A stretch of 64,000 nt of DNA from the NCBI GenBank assembly GCA_026396015.1, contig JAPLXP010000003.1:176974-240973 (forward strand), in the 5' to 3' direction. This document shows positions 19,553 to 29,688 of this stretch, piece after piece (position 1 is the first letter of the stretch; every line of letters starts with the position of its first letter). The DNA is from Candidatus Nomurabacteria bacterium (GTDB taxonomy: Bacteria > Patescibacteriota > Minisyncoccia > Phycocordibacterales > UBA9973). Made by a program: the position numbers and the translations under genes. Below the pieces are notes generated by a model that did no database searches, was not told where the DNA came from, and saw nothing but the letters and a program-made list of their open reading frames with translations.

Positions 19553-21052
19553 TTATTTGATTACTGTTGTGAATGCTTCTAGTACATCTCCACCAGATAT
19601 CTCTATCTTGGATTCAACTTGCATTCCACATTCGTTACCTTCTAGAACTTCTTTTGATTTTATTTTACCAGCTTGTAGCTCTACTATCTTGCCACGGCCG
19701 ATCTCGTTCTCACGACGCATGATACGTACTACACCACCGAGGGTGATGCGTCCTTCTGTGACTCTACCACCGATGACTTGCTTGTCCTTTGTAGCACTAA
19801 AAGTCTTCAATATCATAACTTTCCCTGTGACTTCTTGACTCTCTGATCTTGGTCGGCGCTCTTCAACGAGTTCTTTTAGCCAGTCTGTGAGTTTGTAGAT
19901 GATGTCGAATGTCTGCACATTTACCTTTAGTGTCTCATTCAAATCGCGGGCCCCAGCGTCTAACTTAACTGTGAATCCTACGACAACACTCTCTTTGTCG
20001 GAGCTCGCCATCTTCAAATCAGTCTCAGATATTGCACCTACTCCACAAGAAATAATTTTGAATGAAATCTCAGAAGTATTTAGTTTTGACATCTCTTTTT
20101 CTAGAGCCTCTGCAGTTCCTGCTACATCTGTCTTTACGATTATCGGAATTACTTTTCCTTCAAATCTTTCTGTTCTTACGTTTGTTTTTTTATTTACCAA
20201 TTCACGCATTTCAACTTGGAATTTTTCTGCCTCTTTTTTACTTTCAAAAGTATCAAATGTACTGCCAACTTCAGGCATAATATCAAAACCAACAAGACGG
20301 ATAGGGGATGAAAATGTGGCTTCTTTTATAGGTTTGCCTAGGAAGTTTTCCATGATGCGAGTAGCTACCATAGCATTGCCAGCTACTACGAACATACCGT
20401 TTTTAACAGTACCATTCTTGATCAGACAGGTAGCTGTGATTCCACGCTTTGGATCACGATTCGCCTCGATGATGACACCTGATGCACCTAGCTTCTTGTC
20501 TCCATTGTATGCGTTCATATCTGCGACGAGGAGGATCATATCTAGGAGTTCTGGGATACCAGTTCCAGCTTTTGCAGAAATTGGCACAAATGGAATATCT
20601 CCACCCATACCTTCTAGGTATATACCTTTTTCCACTAGGTCCATCTTTGTCTTTTCGATATTTGCATTTGGCTTGTCCATCTTGTTTATCGCTACGATAT
20701 ATGGGACCTTGCTCTCGATGATTGTATTGTATGCTTCTATTGTCTGAGCTTTTACAGAATCCTCTGCAGACACTACTAGAATAGCGATATCAGCAGCAGA
20801 TGCTCCACGTGCACGCATTTTAGAAAAAGCCTCGTGACCTGGTGTATCTAGGAATGTGATCTTTTGATCTATACCCAACTCACCCTTGTGTGTGACCTCG
20901 TATGCAGATATATGCTGAGTGATTCCTCCAGCTTCTCCATCTACGATGTTTGATTTTCGGATATAGTCAAGAAGAGTCGACTTTCCGTGGTCGACGTGTC
21001 CCATGACCACTACTACTGGTGGTCTATTTGTTTGTGTTTTGTTTTCTTGCAT
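19553..21052 (-). CDS. infB: translation initiation factor IF-2 (short form lacking N-terminal domains)
   Basis: G domain GHVDHGKSTLLD, DTPGH, NKMD; starts directly at the G domain (499 aa). Confidence 0.9.
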   Translation of the reverse strand: MQENKTQTNRPPVVVVMGHVDHGKSTLLDYIRKSNIVDGEAGGITQHISAYEVTHKGELGIDQKITFLDTPGHEAFSKMRARGASAADIAILVVSAEDSVKAQTIEAYNTIIESKVPYIVAINKMDKPNANIEKTKMDLVEKGIYLEGMGGDIPFVPISAKAGTGIPELLDMILLVADMNAYNGDKKLGASGVIIEANRDPKRGITATCLIKNGTVKNGMFVVAGNAMVATRIMENFLGKPIKEATFSSPIRLVGFDIMPEVGSTFDTFESKKEAEKFQVEMRELVNKKTNVRTERFEGKVIPIIVKTDVAGTAEALEKEMSKLNTSEISFKIISCGVGAISETDLKMASSDKESVVVGFTVKLDAGARDLNETLKVNVQTFDIIYKLTDWLKELVEERRPRSESQEVTGKVMILKTFSATKDKQVIGGRVTEGRITLGGVVRIMRRENEIGRGKIVELQAGKIKSKEVLEGNECGMQVESKIEISGGDVLEAFTTVIK

Positions 21053-21053
21053 A

Positions 21054-21497
21054 TTATTTTGTCTTCTTTAAAACTTCTTTCTCTTCGTCAGAAAGCTCAT
21101 AATCTGATTTACCATCTTTGATTGGTTTTGCGAATATACTCATACGATCACGAGCATAAAGGCTAGACATTATCACACCGTCTCCCTCATCATTTATAAA
21201 TGAGATTGCGAACGATTGATTGCTGCCGTGGTCAGGGAATGGATTGAATCGTATTGTCTCTACACCGCGGATAGTCTTCTTCATCTTTTCATCTAGGTGT
21301 TCGAGGTGCTTGTTTATCTCTCTCTGGGTGATCTCTAGATTCTCTGTGTGTTTTCCGAGTGTGTACATCACATCCTCGAGGTCTTTTGCTTTTGTTCCCA
21401 TAAATAACCTCTTTAATCTAATATGCAAGTACGTAATCCATCCGAGGAGGATGACAATAAAAAATGCAAGTATATAGATAAGGATAGTAATACTCAT
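21054..21497 (-). CDS. DUF4446-like membrane protein
   Basis: Start trimmed to MSITILIYILAFFIVILLGW (TM). C-terminal GDGVIMSSLYARDR-type motif. Confidence 0.45.
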   Translation of the reverse strand: MSITILIYILAFFIVILLGWITYLHIRLKRLFMGTKAKDLEDVMYTLGKHTENLEITQREINKHLEHLDEKMKKTIRGVETIRFNPFPDHGSNQSFAISFINDEGDGVIMSSLYARDRMSIFAKPIKDGKSDYELSDEEKEVLKKTK

Positions 21498-21601
21498 AGA
21501 TGCTTTGCAGTATACAACAAATAATGATTTTTTACAATGAGAACTTCCTCCCCTGCCAAGGGGAGGACTGAGGTGGGGTTTTGTGCTATAGTGTATGCAT
21601 A

Positions 21602-22945
21602 ATGTTTCGAAAGAGGAAAATCTATCTAGATTATGCATCTATGACACCTGTAGATAAAAAGGTGGTAAATCTCGTACACGAGGTGAGTAAAAAGGCTACC
21701 GACAATCCTAATGCCATCCACTCTGGTGGTGTTTTTGCTCGTAGTATTGTAGAAGATGCACGCAAATCGGTGGCAAAGTCTATCAATGCCCAGAGTGATG
21801 AGATATTCTTTTTAGGTTCAGGAACCGAGTCTGATGCATTAGCGATTTTAGGAGTAGTCAGAAATTTAAATAAAAAAGATTTCCTTCCTCATATCGTCAC
21901 TACAAATATAGAGCACAGTGCAGTACTTGAAAATTGTCGCTTACTTGAAGAACGCAGCGAAGCAGAAGTCACATATGTGAATGTAGAGGAGAATGGAATA
22001 GTAGATCCAAAAAAAATCCGTGAGGCGATAAAGGGGAACACTGTCCTCGTATCTGTGATGTATGCCAACAATGAGATAGGTACAATACAGCCTATTCGTG
22101 AAATTGCAAAAGAAATCAGACATTATAAGAAACACAACGGGAATATGCACGAATTATTCGCGCTTTACCCGCAAGCGGGCTCCGACGCGACTCATAATTC
22201 GTGCATATTCCCGTTGCTACATACCGATGCCGCACAAGCTATGAATTATCTAGACACTGACAACGTAGATAGACTAGGTGTAGATATGATGTCTTTTAAT
22301 AGTACAAAGATTTACGGACCCAAAGGTGTAGCTGTGCTCTATAAAAAAAGAGGGATAGAGTTATCGCCACTCTATGCTGGCGGTGGTCAGGAAGGTGGAC
22401 TACGCTCTGGCACAGAGAATGTGGCTGCGATAGCAGGCATGGCGTTAGCATTAAAAAATACAAACAGAATTAAAGATATAGAATATTCTCGTCTGACAAA
22501 ATTGCGCGATTATGCTATCGGTGAGATTCTCCGACTTTCTGAAAAATCAGGATACAAAATAATTTTAAATGGTGATATCGAGAATAGATTGCCGAATAAT
22601 ATAAATATCACAGTAGAAGGTATTTCTAGTGAACTCCTTGTGATAGAGCTCGATGCGAAAGGGGTAGCAGTATCGGAGCGCTCTGCATGTAGTGCAGATA
22701 GCGATGATGGCTCACATGTGATACGAGCCATCCGAAATGTTGATGAAAAAAATCTTCAAAATTCTTTAAAAATTTCGCCCGCTTTACCCGCGAGCGGGCT
22801 CCGACACGGATCAAAATTTTCAAATAATTTTTCCGATTTAGATTCCGTACGCATTACCCTCGGCAGAGAGACAAAAAAGTCTGATTTAGACTATCTAATT
22901 TCAACTCTTGAAAATATTTTAAATAAATATAAAAGTTGGAAATAA
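21602..22945 (+). CDS. cysteine desulfurase (class V aminotransferase, IscS/NifS-like) carrying two in-frame insertions
   Basis: IYLDYASMTPV N-terminus, PLP-lysine motif SFNSTKIYGPKG, active-site loop SERSACSAD. Start moved to MFRKRK. Confidence 0.85.
   Translation: MFRKRKIYLDYASMTPVDKKVVNLVHEVSKKATDNPNAIHSGGVFARSIVEDARKSVAKSINAQSDEIFFLGSGTESDALAILGVVRNLNKKDFLPHIVTTNIEHSAVLENCRLLEERSEAEVTYVNVEENGIVDPKKIREAIKGNTVLVSVMYANNEIGTIQPIREIAKEIRHYKKHNGNMHELFALYPQAGSDATHNSCIFPLLHTDAAQAMNYLDTDNVDRLGVDMMSFNSTKIYGPKGVAVLYKKRGIELSPLYAGGGQEGGLRSGTENVAAIAGMALALKNTNRIKDIEYSRLTKLRDYAIGEILRLSEKSGYKIILNGDIENRLPNNINITVEGISSELLVIELDAKGVAVSERSACSADSDDGSHVIRAIRNVDEKNLQNSLKISPALPASGLRHGSKFSNNFSDLDSVRITLGRETKKSDLDYLISTLENILNKYKSWK
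22141..22210. repeat. intragenic GC-rich palindromic element, copy 1
   Basis: 19-bp inverted repeat gaatatgcacgaattattc / gaataattcgtgcatattc flanking a GC-rich core cgctttacccgcaagcgggctccgac; lies within the CDS in frame. Confidence 0.6.
22772..22815. repeat. intragenic GC-rich palindromic element, copy 2
   Basis: Core cgctttacccgcgagcgggctccgac (1 mismatch to copy 1) flanked by aaaattt/aaaatttt; in frame near the C-terminus of the same CDS. Confidence 0.55.
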
Positions 22946-22973
22946 GCTTGACCGCTATGTTATACTGTATAGT

Positions 22974-23537
22974 ATGGATATTAAAGATTTAAACAAAACA
23001 CAGCTTATATTACTCACATTACTCATTACGTTTGTAGTGTCTATTGCTACTGGTATCGTGACTGTATCTTTGATGCAAAAAATGCCAACCAATGCCACAG
23101 CGACTATCAACAATGTGATTCAGAGAACTATCGAGAAAGTTACTACTTCTGCTCCTGCACCTACTACTCAAACTGGAAATAGTAATATCAATTTATCTGA
23201 TAATGCTGTATTGGTACCGATCTATAATAAAGATTTTGTCCAAGTTGATACTAAAAATGTTCCAGCTGGTGTAGTAGTAGATCCGATGAAGCCTACTACA
23301 GAAGGTGTTATCATTTCTGATTCAGGACTCATCCTTGTAGATTCTGCAAATTTGGATAAAGAAGAAAATATTTATAAAGTTGTTCTTGGTAAAGAATTAT
23401 TTGATACTCAGATTATAAAGAGATTTTCAAATGGATTTGTAATAATGCAAATTAAATCAAAAACAAAAGTAATAGATACTACAGCTGACACAAAAAAAAT
23501 AGATCAAAATCCAGTAGATAATTCAGTAAAACAATAG
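22974..23537 (+). CDS. hypothetical membrane-anchored protein
   Basis: N-terminal TM (LILLTLLITFVVSIATGIVTV) then Thr/Asn-rich extracytoplasmic region. Confidence 0.35.
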   Translation: MDIKDLNKTQLILLTLLITFVVSIATGIVTVSLMQKMPTNATATINNVIQRTIEKVTTSAPAPTTQTGNSNINLSDNAVLVPIYNKDFVQVDTKNVPAGVVVDPMKPTTEGVIISDSGLILVDSANLDKEENIYKVVLGKELFDTQIIKRFSNGFVIMQIKSKTKVIDTTADTKKIDQNPVDNSVKQ

Positions 23538-23628
23538 AATTTTATTTGCCCGGTCTGTAATATTAAATTTAAAAATAATTAATGCGCAGCGCATATTTAT
23601 ATATGTGTGATGTGATTCATAAAAACCA

Positions 23629-26328
23629 ATGCCCCCATTCAATCATTTTACAACAAAAGCAAAAGAGGCGATTCGTAAAGCTCATGAGCTAGCTATCGAG
23701 AGAGGTCAGAATCATGTGAATGGTCTGCATCTACTCACTGCACTGCTCGTGCAAGAGGATTCACTTATCATATCTATCTTGGAAAAGATGGATATTGATA
23801 CATTGCTACTCATCGATACAGTAGCAGAGATTATCGAGAATCCAGAAGCTCGCAATACTGTGTCTCCGTCTTATCAAATATATCTGACTCCAGATCTCGC
23901 ATCAGCAATAGAGAATTCTAGTAAGGTCGCTGTCACACTCAAGGATGAATTCGTATCTACAGAGCATCTATTTATATCACTATTGGAAACTGCAGGTGAG
24001 GCCCGCGAGATGCTAGGCCGATTCAAAATAGAAAAGGATAAAGTTATAAATATCTTAGAGATGTTCCGCAAGGAAAATATCACAGATACTGGATCTTCAA
24101 AAAAGCCAAAGCTTCTCACAAAATTCACTCGCAGCCTGACCCGGCTCGCACGTGAGGATAAACTCGATCCAGTCATCGGTCGTGATACAGAGATCATGCG
24201 CCTTATGCAGATATTATCTCGTCGTACAAAAAACAATCCGATACTAATAGGTGAAGCTGGTACTGGCAAGACTGCAGTAGCAGAGGCTCTAGCACTACGT
24301 ATCGCCAAGGGTGATGTACCCGAGAGTCTTCGCGATAAAGAAGTCGTATCTCTTGATCTAGGATTGCTACTCGCTGGTACAAAATATCGCGGTGAATTCG
24401 AAGAGCGCCTACGCGGAATCATGAAGGAGATAGAAAAGACTGATGGGAAAATAATTTTATTTATCGATGAGATTCATACTATCGTCGGGGCAGGTAGCTC
24501 CGAGGGGTCACTGGATGCTTCGAATATGCTAAAGCCTGCACTGGCTCGTGGAGAGCTGCATGCGATCGGTGCGACGACTTTGAAGGAGTATCAAAAGCAT
24601 ATCGAAAAAGATCCAGCACTCGCACGTAGATTCCAGCCGATCTTTATCGACGAGCCATCTACTGATGATGCGATAGCAATACTTCGAGGACTAAAAGAAA
24701 AATATGAATTATTCCATGGTGTACGTATTACAGACGAGGCGATCATCGCTGCTGTGAATTTCTCTACACGATATATCACAGGTAGATATCTACCAGACAA
24801 AGCTGTCGACCTTATCGACGAGGCTTCTTCTGCATTGAAGATATCACTGGAGAACAAGCCACAAGCCTTAGAAGAATCACATCGCAAGATTATGCGTCTC
24901 GAGATTGAAAAGGAAGCTCTCTCAAAAGATATCGGATTGGAATCACATACTACAAAAGAAGACAAGGACGCAAAAGCTCGTATCAAGGAGATCGATGGCG
25001 AGATAGCGAACCTAAAAGAAAAAACAAAAGAGCTAGAACTGAAATGGAAAAATGAAAAGGATACAGTCGTAGAGATTCGTGCAATCAAAAAAGAATTGGA
25101 GACTTTGCGTTTTGAAGCGGACAATGCCGAGATGCGTGGAGACTTAGCTCGTGTAGCAGAGATCCGATACGGACAGATTCCTGATTTCCAAAAAGATCTA
25201 GATGCTAAATTAGCAAGATTAAAGAAGCTTCAAAAATCTCGCCGAATATTGAAGGAGGAGATCACGACAGAAGATATAGCAGAAGTTGTATCACGATGGA
25301 CAGGTGTGCCACTATCTAGGATGCTCGAGGAGGAGCGTAGCAAGCTTGCCCATATGGAGGACCAGATAAAGAAGAGAGTCGTCGGTCAAGATGAAGCAAT
25401 CAAAAAGATTTCAGATGTCGTTCGTCGCAGTCGTGCTGGAATATCTGATCCAAACAAGCCAATCGGTTCATTTATCTTCCTAGGACCTACTGGTGTAGGT
25501 AAGACTGAGCTGACAAAGGCATTAGCGCAATTTATGTTCGACGATGAGAAGTCACTCATACGTGTGGACATGTCTGAATACATGGAGCGTCACAGTGTAT
25601 CCAAGCTCGTAGGTTCACCGCCAGGATATGTAGGCTACGATGAATCAGGACAGCTCACAGAGCAGGTCCGCCATCGTCCATACTCTGTAGTACTCTTTGA
25701 TGAGATTGAAAAAGCTCATCCTGAGGTATTCAATATCTTGCTCCAGGTCCTAGACGAGGGCAAGCTCACTGATTCCAAGGGACGCACAGTGAATTTCAAA
25801 AATACAATCATCATCATGACTTCAAATATTGGTTCTCATTTGATTGAAAAGATGGAGAGTATCGGATTCAATACGAATACAGTAAAAGAGGATTATCAAA
25901 ATACAAAAGACAAAGTACTCGCAAGTTTGAAGGATCACTTCCGTCCTGAATTCCTAAATCGTCTCGATGATATTGTAGTCTTTGATGTATTGTCTCAAGA
26001 AGTCATCCGCAATATTGTATCTATCAAGATCGATGTCATCCGTGTACGACTACTGGCAAAGGGGATAGATCTCGAGATATCAGACGATGCGATGGATTAT
26101 CTATCACGCGAGGGATACAATCCGCACTATGGTGCACGACCGCTCGGCCGCCTGATACAGAACAAGATTCTCAACCATGTCGCATCATTCATTATTGAAA
26201 AAGGTGTGAACAAGGGTGACACAGTCTATGTGACACTCCGAGATTCAGAGCTAGTGATCGATATGAAAAAGAAAAAGATTAAATCCAATCTAAAAGTCTC
26301 AAAGCCAAGCCCGTATACAGCGAAATAA
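23629..26328 (+). CDS. clpB: ATP-dependent chaperone ClpB
   Basis: Clp N domain, two AAA+ modules (GEAGTGKT; GPTGVGKT), coiled-coil middle domain, 899 aa. Confidence 0.85.
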   Translation: MPPFNHFTTKAKEAIRKAHELAIERGQNHVNGLHLLTALLVQEDSLIISILEKMDIDTLLLIDTVAEIIENPEARNTVSPSYQIYLTPDLASAIENSSKVAVTLKDEFVSTEHLFISLLETAGEAREMLGRFKIEKDKVINILEMFRKENITDTGSSKKPKLLTKFTRSLTRLAREDKLDPVIGRDTEIMRLMQILSRRTKNNPILIGEAGTGKTAVAEALALRIAKGDVPESLRDKEVVSLDLGLLLAGTKYRGEFEERLRGIMKEIEKTDGKIILFIDEIHTIVGAGSSEGSLDASNMLKPALARGELHAIGATTLKEYQKHIEKDPALARRFQPIFIDEPSTDDAIAILRGLKEKYELFHGVRITDEAIIAAVNFSTRYITGRYLPDKAVDLIDEASSALKISLENKPQALEESHRKIMRLEIEKEALSKDIGLESHTTKEDKDAKARIKEIDGEIANLKEKTKELELKWKNEKDTVVEIRAIKKELETLRFEADNAEMRGDLARVAEIRYGQIPDFQKDLDAKLARLKKLQKSRRILKEEITTEDIAEVVSRWTGVPLSRMLEEERSKLAHMEDQIKKRVVGQDEAIKKISDVVRRSRAGISDPNKPIGSFIFLGPTGVGKTELTKALAQFMFDDEKSLIRVDMSEYMERHSVSKLVGSPPGYVGYDESGQLTEQVRHRPYSVVLFDEIEKAHPEVFNILLQVLDEGKLTDSKGRTVNFKNTIIIMTSNIGSHLIEKMESIGFNTNTVKEDYQNTKDKVLASLKDHFRPEFLNRLDDIVVFDVLSQEVIRNIVSIKIDVIRVRLLAKGIDLEISDDAMDYLSREGYNPHYGARPLGRLIQNKILNHVASFIIEKGVNKGDTVYVTLRDSELVIDMKKKKIKSNLKVSKPSPYTAK

Positions 26329-26330
26329 AT

Positions 26331-26364
26331 AAAAACCCACGAATTGATTCGTGGGTTTTTATTT
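26331..26364 (+). terminator. rho-independent terminator (aacccacgaattgattcgtgggtt + T-run)
   Basis: Perfect hairpin after the clpB stop. Confidence 0.7.
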
Positions 26365-26440
26365 TGTTGACTCTTTTTTAAAAAGGAGTATTGTTAGATA
26401 TAAATTTCTTATTTTCAAAATTTTTAAACAATTTAAAGTT

Positions 26441-26635
26441 ATGTCAGACACTACTAAAAAAGATGCTTTGAATAAAAAAGCTCGAAAGAACAAATTTTCA
26501 TCAATAATTGTAAAAGATATTCCTACGGGAATTGAAGATCTAAAACATGAACAGCATTCAGCTGTTGATGGAAACACTAAAATCAAAGGGTGTAAAGAAC
26601 CTGTGCAAATAATTGTTAAACCAAAGAAAAAATAA
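26441..26635 (+). CDS. hypothetical small basic protein
   Basis: 64-aa Lys-rich ORF (internal Met of track ORF 26351..26635); no recognisable motif. Confidence 0.25.
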   Translation: MSDTTKKDALNKKARKNKFSSIIVKDIPTGIEDLKHEQHSAVDGNTKIKGCKEPVQIIVKPKKK

Positions 26636-26919
26636 AAAGTAGTACATTATGAAAAAAATAGCAGCATATTTAGCTAGTGTGTTTTCTTTTGGGAAAAGTT
26701 TTATTTTTCAACCCAATATACTGAGTAGAAATGTTTATTTTCAACAAAGTAAATCCAGGAGAATTATTTCAAAAGATCACAAGCAAGTGGTCCTAAAAAG
26801 AAAACAAGGAGACATAGGTAAATAGGAATATTTACAAAATTGTATTAAAAATCGTAGTATTTTACTACGATTTTTTTGTTGTTGAAAAATTATAATAAAA
26901 AGTGTATAGTACCCTGTAT

Positions 26920-27002
26920 GCGTCGGTGGTGGAGTGGTCTATCACAACAGACTGTAAATCTGTCGGCTTCGGCCTTCGTTGGTTCGAATCCAACCCGGCG
27001 CA
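26920..27002 (+). tRNA. tRNA-Tyr (anticodon GTA)
   Basis: Acceptor gcgtcgg/ccggcgc, anticodon arm acaga-cuGUAaa-tctgt, long variable arm, T-arm gttggttcgaatccaac. Confidence 0.85.
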
Positions 27003-27004
27003 CA

Positions 27005-27032
27005 ATAAAAAACGGCTTAGGCCGTTTTTTTT
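27005..27032 (+). terminator. rho-independent terminator (aaacggcttaggccgttt + T8)
   Basis: Hairpin plus T-run directly after tRNA-Tyr. Confidence 0.7.
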
Positions 27033-27062
27033 GTTTTTGTATTTTTATGTTAAAATACACGC

Positions 27063-28097
27063 ATGTCACAACTATACAGCAATTCAATATTTTGGGTGGA
27101 TGTTGATAAGATAAAACCCAACCCATTTCAGCCTCGTCGTGAATTCGAAGAGGCAAGATTAAAGGACTTAGCAGACTCTATCCGCCAATATGGCATACTC
27201 CAGCCGCTCACAGTATCCCGTGTGGAGGTAGTAAAAGAGGATGGTGGTATTGCTGTAGAATACGAGCTTATCGCTGGTGAGCGCCGTCTCCGAGCTTCAA
27301 AGCTAGCAGGTGTCGCCCAGGTACCTGTGGTCATCCGTATTGGAGATGACAACATGGCAAAGCTTGAATTGGCTATCATTGAAAATCTTCAACGTGAAGA
27401 TCTAAACGCAGTAGAGCGTGCACGAGCATTCTTCCGATTAGTAGAAGAGTTTAAATTCACTCATGGTCAGGTTGGTACAAAGGTAGGCAAGAGTCGTGAA
27501 TATGTGTCCAACACTCTGCGCCTCCTATCATTGCCACAAGAAGTCCTAGACGCATTATCTGCACGCAGAATTACCGAAGGTCATACTAGACCTATCATGA
27601 TGCTCGCAGACAAGCCTGAGGAGCAGATGGTTCTGTTCAAAGAGATAATATTTAAAAAGATGAATGTGCGTGATGCAGAAAAATATGCACGCCGTATAGC
27701 TGTAGATCGTGTACGTAACAAGGAATATATTCTTGATCCAGAATTACTAGAGATGGAGGTACACCTAGCTGAGGCATTAGGTACACGTGTCCATGTAGAA
27801 AAGAGTCAGAATGGCGGACAGATCACAATTGATTTCTTTACAAATGAAGATTTGAGAAATATTCTTGAGGTGATGAAAGGAGTAGAGTCAAAAGGTAAGA
27901 GTCCTACTGAGATGCTGGATCGTCACATCGAATCTGTCGGCGGAATAGAGACTTTGATACCAAGCGTCAACAATCCTGCTGTTCTTGCTGTCAGTGATAT
28001 AGAGGCAGAGCAGATCGAGATGCTAGACGATAGAGATGAAAAAGAAAAGCAGGTTGTAGAAGAAGAATTGTATAACATAAAAAATTTCTCACTATAA
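27063..28097 (+). CDS. ParB/Spo0J-like nuclease-fold DNA-binding protein (orphan, no parA adjacent)
   Basis: ParB N-terminal box II GERRLRAS and HTH region; 344 aa with extended acidic C-terminus. Confidence 0.7.
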   Translation: MSQLYSNSIFWVDVDKIKPNPFQPRREFEEARLKDLADSIRQYGILQPLTVSRVEVVKEDGGIAVEYELIAGERRLRASKLAGVAQVPVVIRIGDDNMAKLELAIIENLQREDLNAVERARAFFRLVEEFKFTHGQVGTKVGKSREYVSNTLRLLSLPQEVLDALSARRITEGHTRPIMMLADKPEEQMVLFKEIIFKKMNVRDAEKYARRIAVDRVRNKEYILDPELLEMEVHLAEALGTRVHVEKSQNGGQITIDFFTNEDLRNILEVMKGVESKGKSPTEMLDRHIESVGGIETLIPSVNNPAVLAVSDIEAEQIEMLDDRDEKEKQVVEEELYNIKNFSL

Positions 28098-28103
28098 AAA
28101 TAA

Positions 28104-28150
28104 AAATCCCCGCCACAACTTTGTAAATGTTGGCGGGGATTTTTATTTTT
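28104..28150. terminator. bidirectional terminator (atccccgccaaca...tgttggcggggat)
   Basis: GC-rich inverted repeat with A/T runs between convergent parB-like and rel. Confidence 0.65.
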
Positions 28151-29624
28151 AGAATTTTGCAAACGATCTGAATTTTGATAGGAGACTATTTTGTCTTAAA
28201 TATGTATTGATATGTTTCTTTGCCATACTAGTCTTGGCATATTCTAGCCATTTTGACGATGGATTAGTATTTGGATTCACAGTGATCTCTACTATATCGC
28301 GACTTGCGAGCTTTGTACCTAGACTAGCATTTTTATTATTTATCAGTCCATTCTGCGCATGATTGCCAATGTCTGAGTGAATAGCATATGCAAAGTCTAT
28401 GACAGTAGCACCCTCTGGTAGGTCTACTACATCACCTCTGGGTGTGAACACGAATATTCTATCTTTGAACAGATCCATCTGCAGGTGCTGAAGGAATTTT
28501 TCTGGATCATCTACTGTCTTGTGTAGCTCTTGGAGTTGGGATAGCCATTCAAATTTCCTATCCTTACTACCTTTGATTGTAAAATTCTTGCCACCTGTCT
28601 CTTTGTAAATAAAGTGTGCAGCGATACCATATACAGCTTCGGCATGCATCTCTGGTGTTCGTATCTGTACCTCTACTACTCCACCAGTCCCAGTGAATAT
28701 TGTAGTATGTAGTGATCTGTATCCATTTGGCTTTGGTGTAGCTATATAGTCCTTGATGCGTCCTGGAAGAGGATTCCATATACTATGAACTATTCCTAGT
28801 GTTCGGTAGCAGTCCTCGATATTGTCCACGATCACACGTAGTGCGACTACATCGTAAATCTTTTCAATATCTAGATTATATTTTACTAGTTTATTCCAAA
28901 GACTGTATTTATACTTTTCACGACGACTGATTTCTACTATATGAATTTTTTGATTTTTTAATTCGTCTGTCAGTTTATCTGTAACAAGATCCAAATCTTT
29001 TGTATTGTCGAATTTTGTATTAGCGAGAATTTCCTGAAGCTTTTTGTATTCCTCTGGGTATGCATAGGGGAATGCAGCATCTTCGAGGTTACCCTTTAGA
29101 TTGTTCATACCTATGCGGTCCGCAAGTCGTGCGTGAATCTCGATAGTCTCCAATGCGATTCTCTTTCTCTTATCTATCCGTACGTGTTCGAGAGTCTGTA
29201 CATTGTGCAGTCTGTCTGCTAATTTGATGATTAATATTCGCAAGTCATCCGCCATCGCCATAAAGAATTTGCGTAGGGATTCTACGTGTCGTGCGTGACC
29301 TTGGTATTTTACTTTTCCAAGCTTGGTCACACCATTTACGAGCTTTACTATCTCTTCACCAAATTCTTCGACTAACTTTTCCTCCGGAGTATCTGTGTCT
29401 TCTAGTACGTCATGCAGGAATCCTGCAGCTATAGTCTTGGCATCCATACCAAAATGAGCCAGATTCTTTGCAGTAGCGAATACGTGAATAAAGTATGGCT
29501 CACCACTTTTTCGGAGTTGGTCTTTATGGGCCTCATGTGCTACATCATAGGCTTTTTGGATTAAAGCCTTATCTTTTGCATCCAATTTAGATGTCTGATT
29601 GTAGATTTCATTGATGTCTAACAT
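28149..29624 (-). CDS. bifunctional (p)ppGpp synthetase/hydrolase, RelA/SpoT family (HD-SYNTH-TGS, no ACT)
   Basis: HD motif (FLHDVLEDT), synthetase motifs (GRIKDY...GYRSLHTT), TGS domain at C-terminus. Confidence 0.8.
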   Translation of the reverse strand: MLDINEIYNQTSKLDAKDKALIQKAYDVAHEAHKDQLRKSGEPYFIHVFATAKNLAHFGMDAKTIAAGFLHDVLEDTDTPEEKLVEEFGEEIVKLVNGVTKLGKVKYQGHARHVESLRKFFMAMADDLRILIIKLADRLHNVQTLEHVRIDKRKRIALETIEIHARLADRIGMNNLKGNLEDAAFPYAYPEEYKKLQEILANTKFDNTKDLDLVTDKLTDELKNQKIHIVEISRREKYKYSLWNKLVKYNLDIEKIYDVVALRVIVDNIEDCYRTLGIVHSIWNPLPGRIKDYIATPKPNGYRSLHTTIFTGTGGVVEVQIRTPEMHAEAVYGIAAHFIYKETGGKNFTIKGSKDRKFEWLSQLQELHKTVDDPEKFLQHLQMDLFKDRIFVFTPRGDVVDLPEGATVIDFAYAIHSDIGNHAQNGLINNKNASLGTKLASRDIVEITVNPNTNPSSKWLEYAKTSMAKKHINTYLRQNSLLSKFRSFAKF

Positions 29625-29688
29625 ATATATAGAGTATATATGAATAAATAAAAAATAAAAGAGCCCGACATGGGGCCGGACTTTTTTA

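Noticed and set aside
19899-20747. 282-aa ORF on the plus strand
   Set aside because: Entirely antisense to infB, low-complexity Ser/Phe-rich translation; the same applies to 23874..24422 and 24591..25124 (antisense to clpB), 16721..17128 (antisense to the SBP gene), 46749..47270 (alternative frame over YvlD/DedA) and 11533..11841 / 11742..11957 (over ssb).
22141-22210. Mini-intein in the cysteine desulfurase
   Set aside because: At ~23 aa it is far too short and lacks intein blocks (no Cys/Ser + His-Asn termini); DNA-level palindromic structure fits a small inserted element instead.
26650-26829. 59-aa ORF MKKIAAYLASVFSFGKSFIFQPN... between clpB and tRNA-Tyr
   Set aside because: No motif, below size cutoff, weak context; left unannotated.
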